Assembly (NCBI GenBank): GCA_043228905.1
Contig: JBHGNT010000002.1
Coordinates: 2,170,001-2,234,000, forward strand
Direction of reading: 5' to 3'
DNA length: 64,000 nt
DNA from: Azolla caroliniana
Taxonomy: Eukaryota; Plantae; Polypodiophyta
Of the stretch, positions 32,301 to 45,027 are shown one piece after another. How positions within the stretch are numbered: position 1 is the first letter of the stretch; each line of letters starts with the position of its first letter. The position numbers and the translations under genes were made by a program. The notes under the pieces were generated by a model. The model searched no databases, was not told the DNA's origin, and saw nothing but the letters and a program-made list of their open reading frames with translations.

Positions 32301-32670
32301 TCATCAAGAGGGGATGTCCTATATGAGTGAAATATTTGAAGAAAACGTCACTCTCTCACTCTTTCCCCACATTCCTTTCAAATTTTGCAAATTGCCTTGA
32401 TTTTTCTTGCTGACCGATGCCTATTGGCGATGCACCATGAATTCTATAATTCTTAAAGATTTCAATTTGTTATGCATATGTTGAAATTATATTTCTACAG
32501 GTTGTTTGCGGCTCTAAATCGAGGAGTAAAAATTTGAATTGACTATGATAATATTTCAACGCCTTTTTAATTATTTTACATTTTAGTAGCGGGTTTAATC
32601 ATTTGCTATTAATTCTCTCTTTTCTTTGCAGCTGTCTTGGATCCTCTTTTACAGTTTGCTTCACTTTTGA
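29352..32670 (+). CDS. Rab5-interacting family protein (RAB5IF/C20orf24/OPTI-like small multipass membrane protein), 4 exons, 117 aa
   Basis: Exons 29352-29432, 30056-30159, 30821-30950, 32632-32670 (354 nt, GT-AG): MKERGK...LEK|DELLDRLYWSRQIIGLICGVIWGCIPLVGAIW...LKIDEEEYNGHGALLQEG...LSWILFYSLLHF*. Confidence 0.9.
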
Positions 32671-33864
32671 ATGGATGAAGGATCAGAGGCCGCTTTTTAT
32701 GTAACGGCACTTCAGAATCAGTATGGACAAAAAGTCCTAATGAGGATGGATGAACAAAATTTGAGAGGGAATAGCTTGGTTACCGTTGCTTCTGTTACTT
32801 GAGTATTTTTCAATCCTCTTGTTGCAAAAGGGCATTAAACTCAGTTGTAATTTAGAATTCGTTCTTCTATTGCTTTGTGCAAACATTTTGTTTCGATTAG
32901 GACATAGCAAATACATTTAGATAGCGAAGTATCTTCCTTTTCAGTGATTTTGTATGGTTCTATTCTTTTAATAACCAAGATTTGGGAAAATAGCATTAGC
33001 TGTTCATCGATTGGTCATTTACTCTTACCATCTAATATGCTTGTAACTCTTGTGTATAAGTAATTGAGACATGCAGTTTTTGTGTGTCTTTTACTATAGT
33101 GCAAATGTTTCCGAATGACAAAACAAAGTAATTGTCAGTTCCTTTCATGAAGCACGAAGCACGGATGATTGTGCATTTCTAGGATGAACAAGTTGCTATC
33201 ATATATTATCCTAATGTTTATGTCCAGGACATAGTTTTAAAAGTGAACTTTGATAATGTTCCTTTCTTGTGCTTGTTTTTTGGTAAGCTTTTATGCAAGA
33301 ATGCCATATTTTTTGGGGAATGGTTAGTGTTAATGTAGATATAATGTGAAAATGGTCTCTTTTCAAGGGATCTCTTTGTTGATGCATACAATGATGAAAG
33401 AATGTTACAATTTTGAATGAATGGCATCTAACAATCTTACGAAAAAGTTCACTAGTATACATACAAACACCTCAAAGTTCACCTTTGAAAGCCTCCCTTT
33501 ATTTTCATATATATATTTAAGAGGAATAAACTTTGATTCTTTTGTAGGGATAATTAGAATTTAGAATCTAGAATTTGTATATATTGTAGGCTTGAAGGAA
33601 TGAGTGCATTAATTGTAGGGTGGCATGGTGCAAGTGAGGTAAATTAAGGTCGAAAGTTGTTTGAAGAGAATCCATTATGGGAATGAATGTAATAAAGGAT
33701 ATCAAAAGGTCTCGAGTGCCTCAGAATCACATTGGAGATAAAGAGATATAAGTATTTGTAACATCTATTGAAGACCGATTGCAATCTATGATATGGAACT
33801 TAGCCCATGGACGAGGATCAAACTTGGGTTCTCTCAAATGTTTGACTTTTGATATGTGCATGTG

Positions 33865-33896
<32 letters not shown>

Positions 33897-36188
33897 GGGA
33901 GACTACTCCAATTCTATTATATACAAAATGTTGTTCACGTAGTATTGTTACAAAGAAGAGCTTGGTAGAAGCAAGAATATATACCTAACTTATATTTCTT
34001 AAGAACGCATTTTCTATTTTTTCACTTACATTTATGTAACATAAACATGGATCGATAAATTAGCAAAGAACATTGCCTCAAATGGGCATAAACTACAATA
34101 ATGACTAAGATAACCAGTGGAAGGTGGAGAGGTTTGTTGAAACAATGTTTAGATATAATTTACTAGACAATCATATTGACATTGGCAAGAAGGGTAACTT
34201 TGAGATAAAAAAGCATCCTGGTTGGTGTCACATAGAGATACATTTATTTTGGGTGAGACAAGGGGTGGATCAAGCCTGTACTCAATACTTGGAAGAGATT
34301 GTACAACAATGAGAACAATAGGAGAGCCATGAGCTATTTAAGCTTCCAATATGAAGCTATTAAAAATCATTTGAATAAAGCAATGTGTTGGCCTAGCAAA
34401 ATTCAATATACGACAAATTTAATCATCTAGGACTTGGGAAAAGGAATTTACAAAGAGACCTCATAAGACAAGCAAGACATTTCACACATACTGAACCAAA
34501 CATGAAATCACAAGATGTAAGCTAGGCCTAAGTGAAACAAATTGCAAGCAAAGGATTGTAATTTTAAAATTGTGTGTCCTATATCATAAGGCCTCATCCT
34601 CATCCCCTTAGGGTTTTGTGGTAATGAAAGCTAAGAATTAGATCAAATCATAGTTTGGAATATCACAAAGGTTAGTAAGACATGGAACTTGATTGATTAT
34701 CAAGTCCAAAGTACTTCTTGTAACATGAAAGCTTGAAACTGAGTCGGAGGATTGTCATAACCTAGAATGATGCATGATAGAAGGTTTAGAGAAGCCCAAC
34801 AACAAGAATATTTTCATGATGATCAACTCCAAAAGAAGAGTTGTGGGTACATGTGATTGATGGATAAAGATCACTAGGGTGGTATTTTCTCAATATTCCA
34901 AGGTTTGTAAGAACATTAAGAACAAACAAATGATGACGATAGATTGCACATCATGCAAAGTGGGGAATACATATGGATGACCAAGAAATCATTTAAAAAA
35001 GGCGAGGTTCAACAACACGATGATGATGGATAGGATTCTTGAAATGTGAGATGTAGCTACTCTTTTGGCTATAGCGTGCAAGCCAAGTATTTTGTAACAC
35101 TAGGGAATTAGAATTGGGCTTTACATCATATTTCCAGAATTTTGAAGTAGTCGATCCTTCAAACACTTTAGATGTAACCGGGGAAACAATTCCAAAGTAG
35201 TGAGGTTATAGAGCACTAATTTGATACTAATGTGATAGGGGACAACAATATATAGTAATTGATTGGTTATGCTTGATGAGTTGTTTCCTACATGATCTCC
35301 GTTTGAATTAAACTTAAAGCCACAACTTGTTGAAGTTTACTCAGGACCCCTCCTTAGGGCACATCAATCAACCTTTAAAAAAGTAGACTATAATGATTCC
35401 TTGATGTAAAAAGGTGAGAATCGTCCAACTACATACTAGCTGCATTCATGCACACATCTACACAATATAATGCACACCTCTCTAACTTTTGAATCGGATT
35501 GGATGTTAGTTTTATGGATTGATATTCTTGAAGGCTTCGAATAATGGAAGACACCAAGGGACCAAGTACAAATGGTATATTTGATGAAATTGAAACATTT
35601 TAGAAGAGTTCTCCAAAAGGTTCTTAAAAATGGAAAATGATGAGGGACCAAATATAAATGGTACCGACTAATTTGAGAAATTGTACAGAGCAATGTGTCC
35701 AGACTCCAGACACTAATATATTCAACAAGTTTCGTGTGAATGTAAACAAGACAAATGTTTGCCAGAGCAATTTAGGCAATGGATGTATTCAACAAGTTCC
35801 CGTCCAAACTAGAGAGGAATCTACTCATGTGGCAACAAGTTTGCGGTGGTGACATCAATCTTCTCAAGCTTCTACCTTGGTAGTTTCTGGGTTTCAAGTT
35901 TGTAGTGACCCGAAAGAGGCGAACCTACCTTTCTTTCATAGCTATTCTCACCTCAACCGCCTTTGTGATGTACGAGGGACATACTAGAAGCTTTCTTTTT
36001 CACATCACCGCGACCAATGAGGACTACCCCCCCCATAATGTGAATTGAGAGCTCTAGGATGACATAAGAGTTTGTTGTGTTTCTCATTCATTGTCCTACT
36101 TGTTGTTGCCTTCAAATTTACAAGTGCTATAAGCTAGGAAAGACCATTCATTGTCCTACTTGTTGGCTCCAATATTACAAGTGGTAAG

Positions 36189-39100
36189 CTAGGAGATGGA
36201 GTATCGGCGGTTGCGAGATGCCGATGCCGATGCTGGGGGCGGAGGGTTCAGGGTGCGGCCGTCCTCGAGATGGTCGTTAATTACGTCCACCTTGGATGTG
36301 GTGGGCCGATGGAAAGGGTTAGGGATGAGCTTCCCTAGGGTCTTCGACACCGAGTGCAACAACTTGTTGGACATGGGGCGGCGGGGCTTGTTGGCCACTC
36401 CCTTACCTCCGGTAGCTCCAAGCAGCTCTTGCATCCTTGCCATCTCCATCTTCAGCCTCTGATTCTCTCGATAAACCTCATCGTAAGCATGCACATTATC
36501 GTCATTGTCATCATCATGATGATCATTGTCATCATGATCATAATCATCATCATCATCATCATCATCATCATTGTGTACTGCGGCCCTCGGCATGGCGTAC
36601 CTCGCCATTGCCGACAAATTCAAGCTTTGAGAGCTCATGGAGGTGCTCATCCGGCGGCAGCGGCTCCGAGTAGGGACCGATGACGACATTGCACTTCTCA
36701 GCTTCTTCTGCTCGCAATACAACACTTTGACCGAGAGCTGGATGGAGAGGCGATCGTTCCGAGATGCGTGGGTGCACGCATCCTCCGTGAGCTTCTCCGC
36801 TTCCAACACGCTGCAAATCCTTTTCCGATCGGAGTCGCCGAGATCCGGGTGCACCTAGTGTCACCACCACAAGCATGAGGAGGAGGCATACAAATGCAAT
36901 GCATTTTAGTTGTAAAAAATTAAGGGAACCATCTAGATGGAAAGGTATGTATGCCAAGATTTCTGGACATTAAACCTAATTTCATGTTGAGGTTTGATGT
37001 TTTGTGTTCGATTCGGGGATCAAAGAGGATTCTCACCTTCAAGTAGATGTCCACCGCACGATATAAGCCATCATGGACTTGCCGTGCATTTCCCGGAAGA
37101 AGGTCTGCCATGGCCAAGAATTTCGCGGGGCTAAGATTTGTGTCGGTAGCAATCTCCACGAGGAATCCGTCCAACAGCCATGCGACTTTGGCGAGCCGTG
37201 AAGCATTAGACAATGGAGGAGGAGGAAGAGCCGCTGCCGGTTGCTGGAATACCTCCTCGTATTCGGCCATATCAATGACCTGGTCGAGCTGCGAGGCAGA
37301 GCCGGGAGGAGGCAATGCCATTGATACCAATCCATACCCATGGATGCTTTGTTGTTGTTGTTGTTGCTTCTTCTTCCGGACCTCGTGCCTCAGGAAATCG
37401 ATGAAGATACGCCGGACTGCATCCGTGTCGAACATCGCGTCTCCATAGAAAGAGTTCAAAGGGATGAGAAGATCCAATGGCGTGGCGTGCTCCAGCCGCA
37501 AGGATATCCGCTTCTCGATCCCCAGGCGGCATGCGAGGCTCGTGTCGAGGCCCGTGGCCGCACGGAGCAATGCGAAGAGGAACGAAGTCATGGGCGGGCC
37601 AGTCTCATGGTCCACTAAATCCATCGGTAAAAGCCCGGCTATCTCCTCCACCATTACACGCTGCTCCGCCTCATCGTACTCCATCTCCTCCACATCTTCT
37701 TTTGGTTCATCATCACCATCATCAGGATCTTCTTCTTCTTCTTCTTCTTCTTCTTCTTCTTCCTTGAGTGTCTCTAGCTCAGCCATACTCGCATTTCTCC
37801 CGATCGAGTCGAGAGATAGGATCGGTGGCACGGCACCGGGGATGCTTAGAGTATGCATCCCACTCTGACTCTTGGAGCCCCAGTTTTGTGTCCTGAGAGC
37901 CCGAAGCGCGCGTTGCGAGTAATGAGCTATGACGGCACCGAGGTCATGATCGTGCACACCCCGTGCTTTCATTGCAATTAGAACCCTTTTGAAGAAGCCG
38001 AAGTGCAGCACACTAGACACCTCCTCGGCCGGAAACCTTGCGAGACCTTTGGTGGTACCATAGGTAGCATCATTGAGCCTGGCTTGTGTCAATGCTGGCT
38101 TTGACATTGTGTTGTCTTCTTCGTGGTCGGGTTCTTGATCACATAGAAGCGGCGATTGGTCATATAGCCGGCATGCCTCGCTTGCGATCAACTCGATGCA
38201 TCGGCTCACGATTCCGAGGTCCTCTGCATTGGGGAGGAGCTTCTCGCAGCTCCGCAAGATGCGGACACATCTCCGGATGCGTCCTTGGGGTGCCGCCAGG
38301 CCCTCCTCCAGGATGCTCTCGCACTTCTCGATGAGATTGGGCCCTACCCCACTGCAAATGGCTGCATCTGACATCTCTAGATACTCGGCCACGCACCGGA
38401 TCCCGGCCACGTCCCCCTCCCCAATATCGATTTGTTGGCCGTAGCAGAACCGGGCAGCCACTTCGAATGCGGCCGCCCCGCCCGGCACCCCATCCAACAC
38501 CAACACCTCTAATTCGTGACCGCATTGTCCCGCTGCCACTACTTGCTTTCGGATTCGTCCGCTCCGGGACACCAAAGGGAACTTAATGACAAGGATTAAG
38601 ATTCTGGTTATAATGATGCTCAGCTCTTTAAATTAAGATTAAGGACTTGGTTAACATGTGACTATGCTTCTATATATATATATATATTTAAGTCTTCACC
38701 TTATGCAGGAAAAAACTTATTCCGTCCACCTCGACCCTTATGTCGCTCGGGATGCCTTGCGACAATGTCTGGTGCGCGACGCTATTGCCACTACACAATT
38801 TGATTTAAACATCGCAGTTTTGTCTTATAATTAGCTAAATGTATTGAAATTAAAATCTCAGTGCAATGAATTGATTTCACAAGGAGTTATTACATAGTTA
38901 TGGCAATTAACTGTGAGCCATTAATTAATAGACATGTTTGAGCTTAGTGGAGATCCAATGTGGTTCTGTTGTAAATCGAGTAACGGTGATTAGTAGATGT
39001 GATTAGGCAACATTGCATTGACTACTAAGAAATGGTCCATGTTGATTGAGATGTAATTATTGGATATTACATGTGATTATCAGGAATGATCATGACCACA

Positions 39101-39311
39101 TTTAGTCAGATGCAATTTTAGGTTAAAATTGGATGTGAAACTACTCAAAATAAAATTTAGATGTGATTAAGATAGCAATTAATTAGACATGGTTAAATGT
39201 GGCTAAAGAGGAAACTAGGCATAAATTTAAGAAATACCCCAAAGTGATCGCATTTCCAAGGTCGCTAGAAATTCGCCGTAATTCCTCCTTCTTATCATTA
39301 ATCAAGTCCAT
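36189..39311 (-). CDS. NPH3/RPT2-like (NRL) BTB/POZ protein, RPT2/NCH1-like clade, ~791 aa
   Basis: Exons 39311-39238, 38790-38700, 38581-37037, 36854-36189 (2376 nt); exon 1 and the exon-2 acceptor are less certain. BTB motifs SDIRVEVDGISFFLHK|FPLVSRSG and PGGAAAFEVAARFCYG; NPH3 motif HDGLYRAVDIYLK|VHP; coiled coil YRENQRLKMEMARM; tail SVSKTLGKL..NPF...RRYSIS*. Confidence 0.92.
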
Positions 39312-39779
39312 ATTATGATCATTAATGATAGATGTTATGATCACTAATGGGCACTAATGATCATCACTTAAATCCCCTAAGCAAGTAATTGGGTATAGAG
39401 ACTATGTGATGGGTTTGATTGGATGAAAAGAAAAAGACTTTCTATGAAGCTAAGACATACACAATATTTAATGAAACCCAAGAAGAAAAGCTGTGGTGTG
39501 TGATAAAAGTTTGTGTTTTTTGTTCACCTTGTATATATGTATACACACACACCCACATATTATTGGAAATTTGGATATATTCTCTAAGCGTGTCCACAAT
39601 TATATTAGACAAATCTTTTTCCATGGGTATCTCGAGTCTAAAAAGAATTTGGTCGGACAAAACGTCATTGCTTGTCGTTTCCCCCATTGAATCTAGTCAT
39701 GTCACAAGGTTGTACTCTTGTGGACGGTTAATTCTGATTGCTACGTCCTACATAGTTTAGGTTGCATGCTTGTCAACTT

Positions 39780-40400
39780 AGATATTTGTGAGTAACCAAA
39801 GAGCAATATCCATGCACGCTTGTTGAACACTTATAATGGCATCCGACTAATCATGGGGGGACAAAATTTGCATGCATAATTGATTGACAATGAATAGGTC
39901 GCTCATTTTTGAGTCCACTAGGGAAAACCTGGAAACTTTTTCTTCCATATGTAATAAATCTTCGAAACACTTTCTTTAGGTCGATCACTAGTCTACATTT
40001 GGTTGGTGGTTCATATTGTATTGAATTGCAAACTAGACAAGACTTCACCATGGCCTTCACCTTGTGCATATATATCACTTTCTAAATTATTTGGTATTCT
40101 TGGAATTCAAATTGAACCTTCTGATGTACGTTATTGCAGAGAATCAAGCCTCTTGGTTAATATAATGCATACCAGAAAGAATCCCCCCTTGAAGGGGAAG
40201 CATTATGAATTGTTGATTGGTTATGAATGACATGTGTGTACGTCCCATATGGCATATTCTTGGCCTAATGCCCCTAAGAGCTTGTAGGCACCCGCAAGTA
40301 ATATTTTGTAGCTAGAAGCTTAATGCGAAGATATGAATGGGTTGGGATCCAATTTAAGTTTCCACTTGAAAGATGACATAGAACTTATATGAGAAAGGAG
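39780..40400 (-). mobile_element. Highly decayed Ty3/gypsy integrase fragment
   Basis: ORF 40078-39851 contains VKAMVKSCLVC, resembling the CxxC half of an integrase HHCC finger. Confidence 0.35.
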
Positions 40401-40599
40401 GTACTCAATACATTTGAACTATGTGGGGAAGGTGGAAGAAATTGATGAGTTCCATGATGTGATTGTTGTTTGGTTGCTCAGAGGAACTCAAGCACCAAAG
40501 AGGGGAAGGAAGAAGGAAAAACTTCATTTAGATAATCTTGATTATCTAAGAGAAGTTAAAACATTATGTCTATCAAATAATAACAGTTTGGTTACAATT

Positions 40600-41845
40600 T
40601 AGATATATATAGTAACTGTCATGGGTTCAAATTTCTTCTCTATTGCATGATGACTATGGCATATTATATATTTATAGCAATTTGTATAGATGTTCATGAC
40701 ACTTTTACTATCATAAAACAATGTAAGTAGAAGTTGAGGCATGCCCATATCACAAGCTAGTCTAGAAAGCCATCCAACTTCCTTACTTGCCTCACTAGCT
40801 ACAACATAGTTTGCTTTTGTAGTAGACATAACAATACATTTTTGAAGATGAGATATCTAAGAGATGACACCTCCCATAAACTGAAAAATGAACATTGTGG
40901 TAGACTTCTTGTTGTTAGAACATCCAACATAATCAAAACTTTTGTATTCAATAATAGATTCATCACCACCACCCAAACATACAAACGTATCCTTAGTGTC
41001 ACTTAACTATCTCCATTTCATCTTGATCACTTCCCAATGTTCCTTACCAAGGATTAATAAGAATCTACTCACATGCCTGAGCTAACTACAAACACAATAA
41101 CATACATGTAAGGTTTACCAATACCATGATAATTGTATGCTCAAGTGTCTTGCAATTTCCATGTTAAACTTCTTAAGTACTTAGAACATATACTCAAACT
41201 GAGACAAATAAATACAACATATACTCCTATTACGAGTAATACACATACCAAGAATATCTTTTACATCTCCCAAATTCTTCATGTGAAATGTTTGGCTCGG
41301 GTTGTAAAGAAAGACTTAGAATTACTCCAAATGGATAACTCACCCTTGTTTTTTCTAGTAATAAGCACACCATCTACATAGATTATCAAGACTATGTAAG
41401 TCCAATCTAAATGTATAGAGACAAGAATCTTCATTGCTTCTACTATAATACGGCGACTTCATAAAAGCATCAAACTTTTGGTGTTAAAGTCTAGGGAACT
41501 TCTTAAGTCCATACAAGCTTTTCTTAAGCTCATATACCAAGCATCCTTTGCTAGGAACTTCATAACCCTATGATTGCTCCATACAGATGACTTTATTAGA
41601 TTGCCATACAAGAAAGGAATTTTTACACCCATTTGGACTAATTCTAAGTCTTTCTTTGCAATCAATGCAAGCATTGTATGTAATTTAGTAATCTTGATCA
41701 CAAGGAGAAGATTTCATCAAAATCAACTCATTATTTTTGCTTGGAACCTTTTCCTATAATATAAGTTTTATGCTTAAAGAAGCACTAAGAGATGTGTATT
41801 TATACTTGGAAACCCACTTGCACGACAATGCTTTCCTACCCTACC
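40600..41845 (-). mobile_element. Decayed Ty1/copia RT-RNase H fragment
   Basis: GRKALSCKWV, LELVQMGVKIPFLYGNL and STTKANYVVASEASKEVGWL...FYDSKS motifs, with many frameshifts. Confidence 0.75.
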
Positions 41846-42126
41846 CTAATCCTAATCCCAAAACTTAACCCTAATCACATATATATTCTCACTATCCTTA
41901 ACCTTACAACCTTAATATCCTTAAAATTTAGAGCCCTAAATGTTTCTTAACCATTTCTTCGTTCTCCTCTCAATCATTCAAAGTTATAAGTTCAAAACAT
42001 TCTCTCTTACCTCTCAAGTTTTAAAATAGACTTTGTATCTAAGCACCCTAGTTATTTAGGTAGCTTAAAACTCCTTTCAATTGGTGATATGTTGCACATC
42101 TATTGATATGGGGCACATGACTTACA

Positions 42127-42395
42127 TTTGTCATGTTAAGCTTACAACCATCACCAAAATGTACTACAACATCTACAATATCAATCATATGTCACTATGA
42201 GTCTCCAAGTTAGACTTCACAAAATATTTGTCATGTTAAGCTTAGAACCATCACCAAAATGTACTACAACGTCTACAATATCAATCATATGTCACTATGA
42301 GTCTCCAAGTTAGACGTTACAAAATATTTGTCATGTTAAGCTTACAACCATCACCAAAATGTACTACAACATCTACAATATCAATCATATGTATT
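42127..42395. repeat. ~100-bp tandem repeat, ~2.7 copies
   Basis: atttgtcatgttaagcttacaaccatcaccaaaatgtactac... at ~42127, ~42226 and ~42327. Confidence 0.85.
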
Positions 42396-42811
42396 GTAGC
42401 ATCATCAAAAAACAATATGTCTATATTATCACATGTTGCATTTCTTTTTTCTATCTCCACTAAAGATGGACCACTTGATTGTTTAGCATGCCCATCAAGG
42501 CCTGAATTTGACGGGTTGGTCTTTAAGTTTTTTGATGGGCACTTTTTAAAGATGTATGTCATATGACACGAGAGTGCCAAAACTAACATGTCATTTGACA
42601 TACAAGTTTTAATAATGAAAATCATATGATGCTTGAACTATAGAAAGTATAGAAAGATACACAAATAAACATAACTACCTCACAAAGATAATGAAATCAT
42701 ACAAATTGAATATTTAAATCATCATATATTTCTTAAAACCCAAAAAACACAAAAAATGTTTATCATACCGTGACTCCTCATATTAAGCATTGTAAAAGAT
42801 GTGTCCACTTC

Positions 42812-43398
42812 AATGATAATATCCTTCTCTCTTTTTCTTCATACCAAAGGTTAAATATATCCCTCCAACAAATGTTTGATGTATCTTGAGCATTCAAGGA
42901 TATAAACATCAAAGCATCTAAAGTTTCCAAAGATAAACCGTTTCTAATATCATTTTTTACGATATTTTGACGTGAAAAACCTCATTCACATGTTGCTGTA
43001 CTAATAGGAATAGTCATACATAGTTGCCACAATTGCATAATACCTGGAAATAATTGCCACCAAGATTGTGCTTTGCAACAAATATCCCATGCATCATGTA
43101 TTCCTCTTCCTTTAGCAATTCTAACAAGCATACCAACAAAATCTTCTCGTTCATTGAAGCATCTTTTCATGTCAACAATTTGCTTATCAATATCAAACTT
43201 CCCAATAAGTTTGTGCAACCATTCCGTTGTCTTTTTCTCTCTTTCATTTTCCTCAATGGGATATGAAGACAGATTAAACAACTTTACAACATTGAAAAAT
43301 GTAACATTCGCGAAACGATTGTTTAAGGCATCAATAACATGTTGGACAAAGTCCTTTCCAATGCTAATGCATTCATCCAAAACTACCATTTTCCACAT
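42812..43398 (-). mobile_element. hAT transposase pseudogene fragment (C-terminal dimerisation domain)
   Basis: ...LWQLCMTIPISTATCE*GFSRQNIVKNDIRNGLSLETLDALMFISLN. The stop replaces the R of the hAT 'CERGFS' motif. Confidence 0.8.
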
Positions 43399-45027
43399 TA
43401 GCTTACATGCACATGCAAATCCGAAGTTACGGTAAGAGTTCTTAGGATGGGTGTGGGGAGTTGTTGCACTATTTGTGCCTCCGAAGTTCCATGGTATATA
43501 ATTCTACACAGAAACACTTTTGGTCCTCGAATTGCAAGACTATGAAGAAATGTCTAATCTGACAGTCAATAGCCTGTAGAGTATCATGAAGAGGAGGCAA
43601 TTGAAGTGGTTCACAGTTTCAAACACCTCAGTGTTGCCATACCTAGTCAACACACTTGGAATACATGGTGAATGAAACCACACAGATTCATACTATGAAT
43701 TTGAGAGCATGTGGCACTTGAGCACAACCCAAATATGGGAGATTACAACAATGTCATTCGTATGCATGCATCACACAAATTTTGCTTTACAAAAAAGGTA
43801 TGGGAGGAAGCATTTCAGCAAGCTCGTGTAATGAAACAATGAAAGTATAAAAGAGATTTCACTGCCTTCATTTAGGGGGTTAAGAGCACAACCCCAGTAC
43901 ATCTAGAAACGGGAAGAAAGCCAATCAAGTGGTGTGAACTTCAAAGGGGTTATTCCAAGAAAATATCGAAAGTAAGGATGACAACATGAGATTGTATCCT
44001 CAATGCAGAACGTGAGACCATGTTTTACTCTACGAGAGGTCATATGAAATGGAGATAAGCTAGTCATAGATATAAATTTAAGTGCTATTCCAACTGCACT
44101 TATACTCGATATTAAGAGAATTATTGGGGGGGCTGGCCAATGCCCAAGCACAAAATATGTCCAAACATGAGATTAGTTTCTTGTAATAATTTGTGATCTC
44201 TCACCGTTTGTTAAGACAAGAATAGGGGAGGGCAGGAGGAGAGGCAGATAGATTGATTTGTCATATTATTGCCGCCCATGATGAACCCCGTCCCCCATGA
44301 CTATGGCCACCCCTCAAATAAGTGGGGATCGAACCCGAGTCAAATAAGCGAGGAATGCATTCGAGCGAGAAATAGAAAAAAGAGAGACAAATACATACCT
44401 CAGAGTGGTGGCAAATAGCAGATGTGCAATCACCGAGAAGCGACAGGGAGCAACGAGTAGTGAGCGTGCTGGGAGCAATGGGCAACAACCAAGGAACAGG
44501 GAGTAGGAAACGAGAAGAAGGAGCAGGGAGTAGGAAGCGAGAAGGAGCAAGAAGAAGGAAAGCAAGAAAAGAGAAAATAGGGGGAAAAGAGAAAAGAGTG
44601 GGAAAAGAGAAACAGGGGGGATTCGGGAATTTAGAAATGAAACATTGAAGGCATAGTTATTAGTCACGACTCACGACTCACATTATACATAATACATATA
44701 CAGTTATACTATTATAAAATGTACATACTACAATGTACATTATAATAGTATATGTCTTTGTAGTATCATGTATGTACATTTTATAGTATATACATATACT
44801 ACAATCTACAATATACATAGTACATATTACAATATTAAATATACTATATATAATATGTAATATGTATTATGAAATTATACAATGTCATATATATATGACA
44901 TGGAAAATAAATTTTTAGCATGTCATTTGACTTGTATAAATTTTGGGCGCCTTTCACATGAAAAATGAAAATTGTAAGTTTATATGTCACTTGACGGACA
45001 TTTTTATTGGGTGTGTGTTTTTGACGG

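Noticed and set aside
36196-38525. Antisense and alternative-frame ORFs over the NRL gene
   Set aside because: Expected shadows of a GC-rich coding region with trinucleotide repeats.
41838-41945. Interstitial telomere repeat (ccctaa-like)
   Set aside because: Only a few degenerate units, not a TTTAGGG array.
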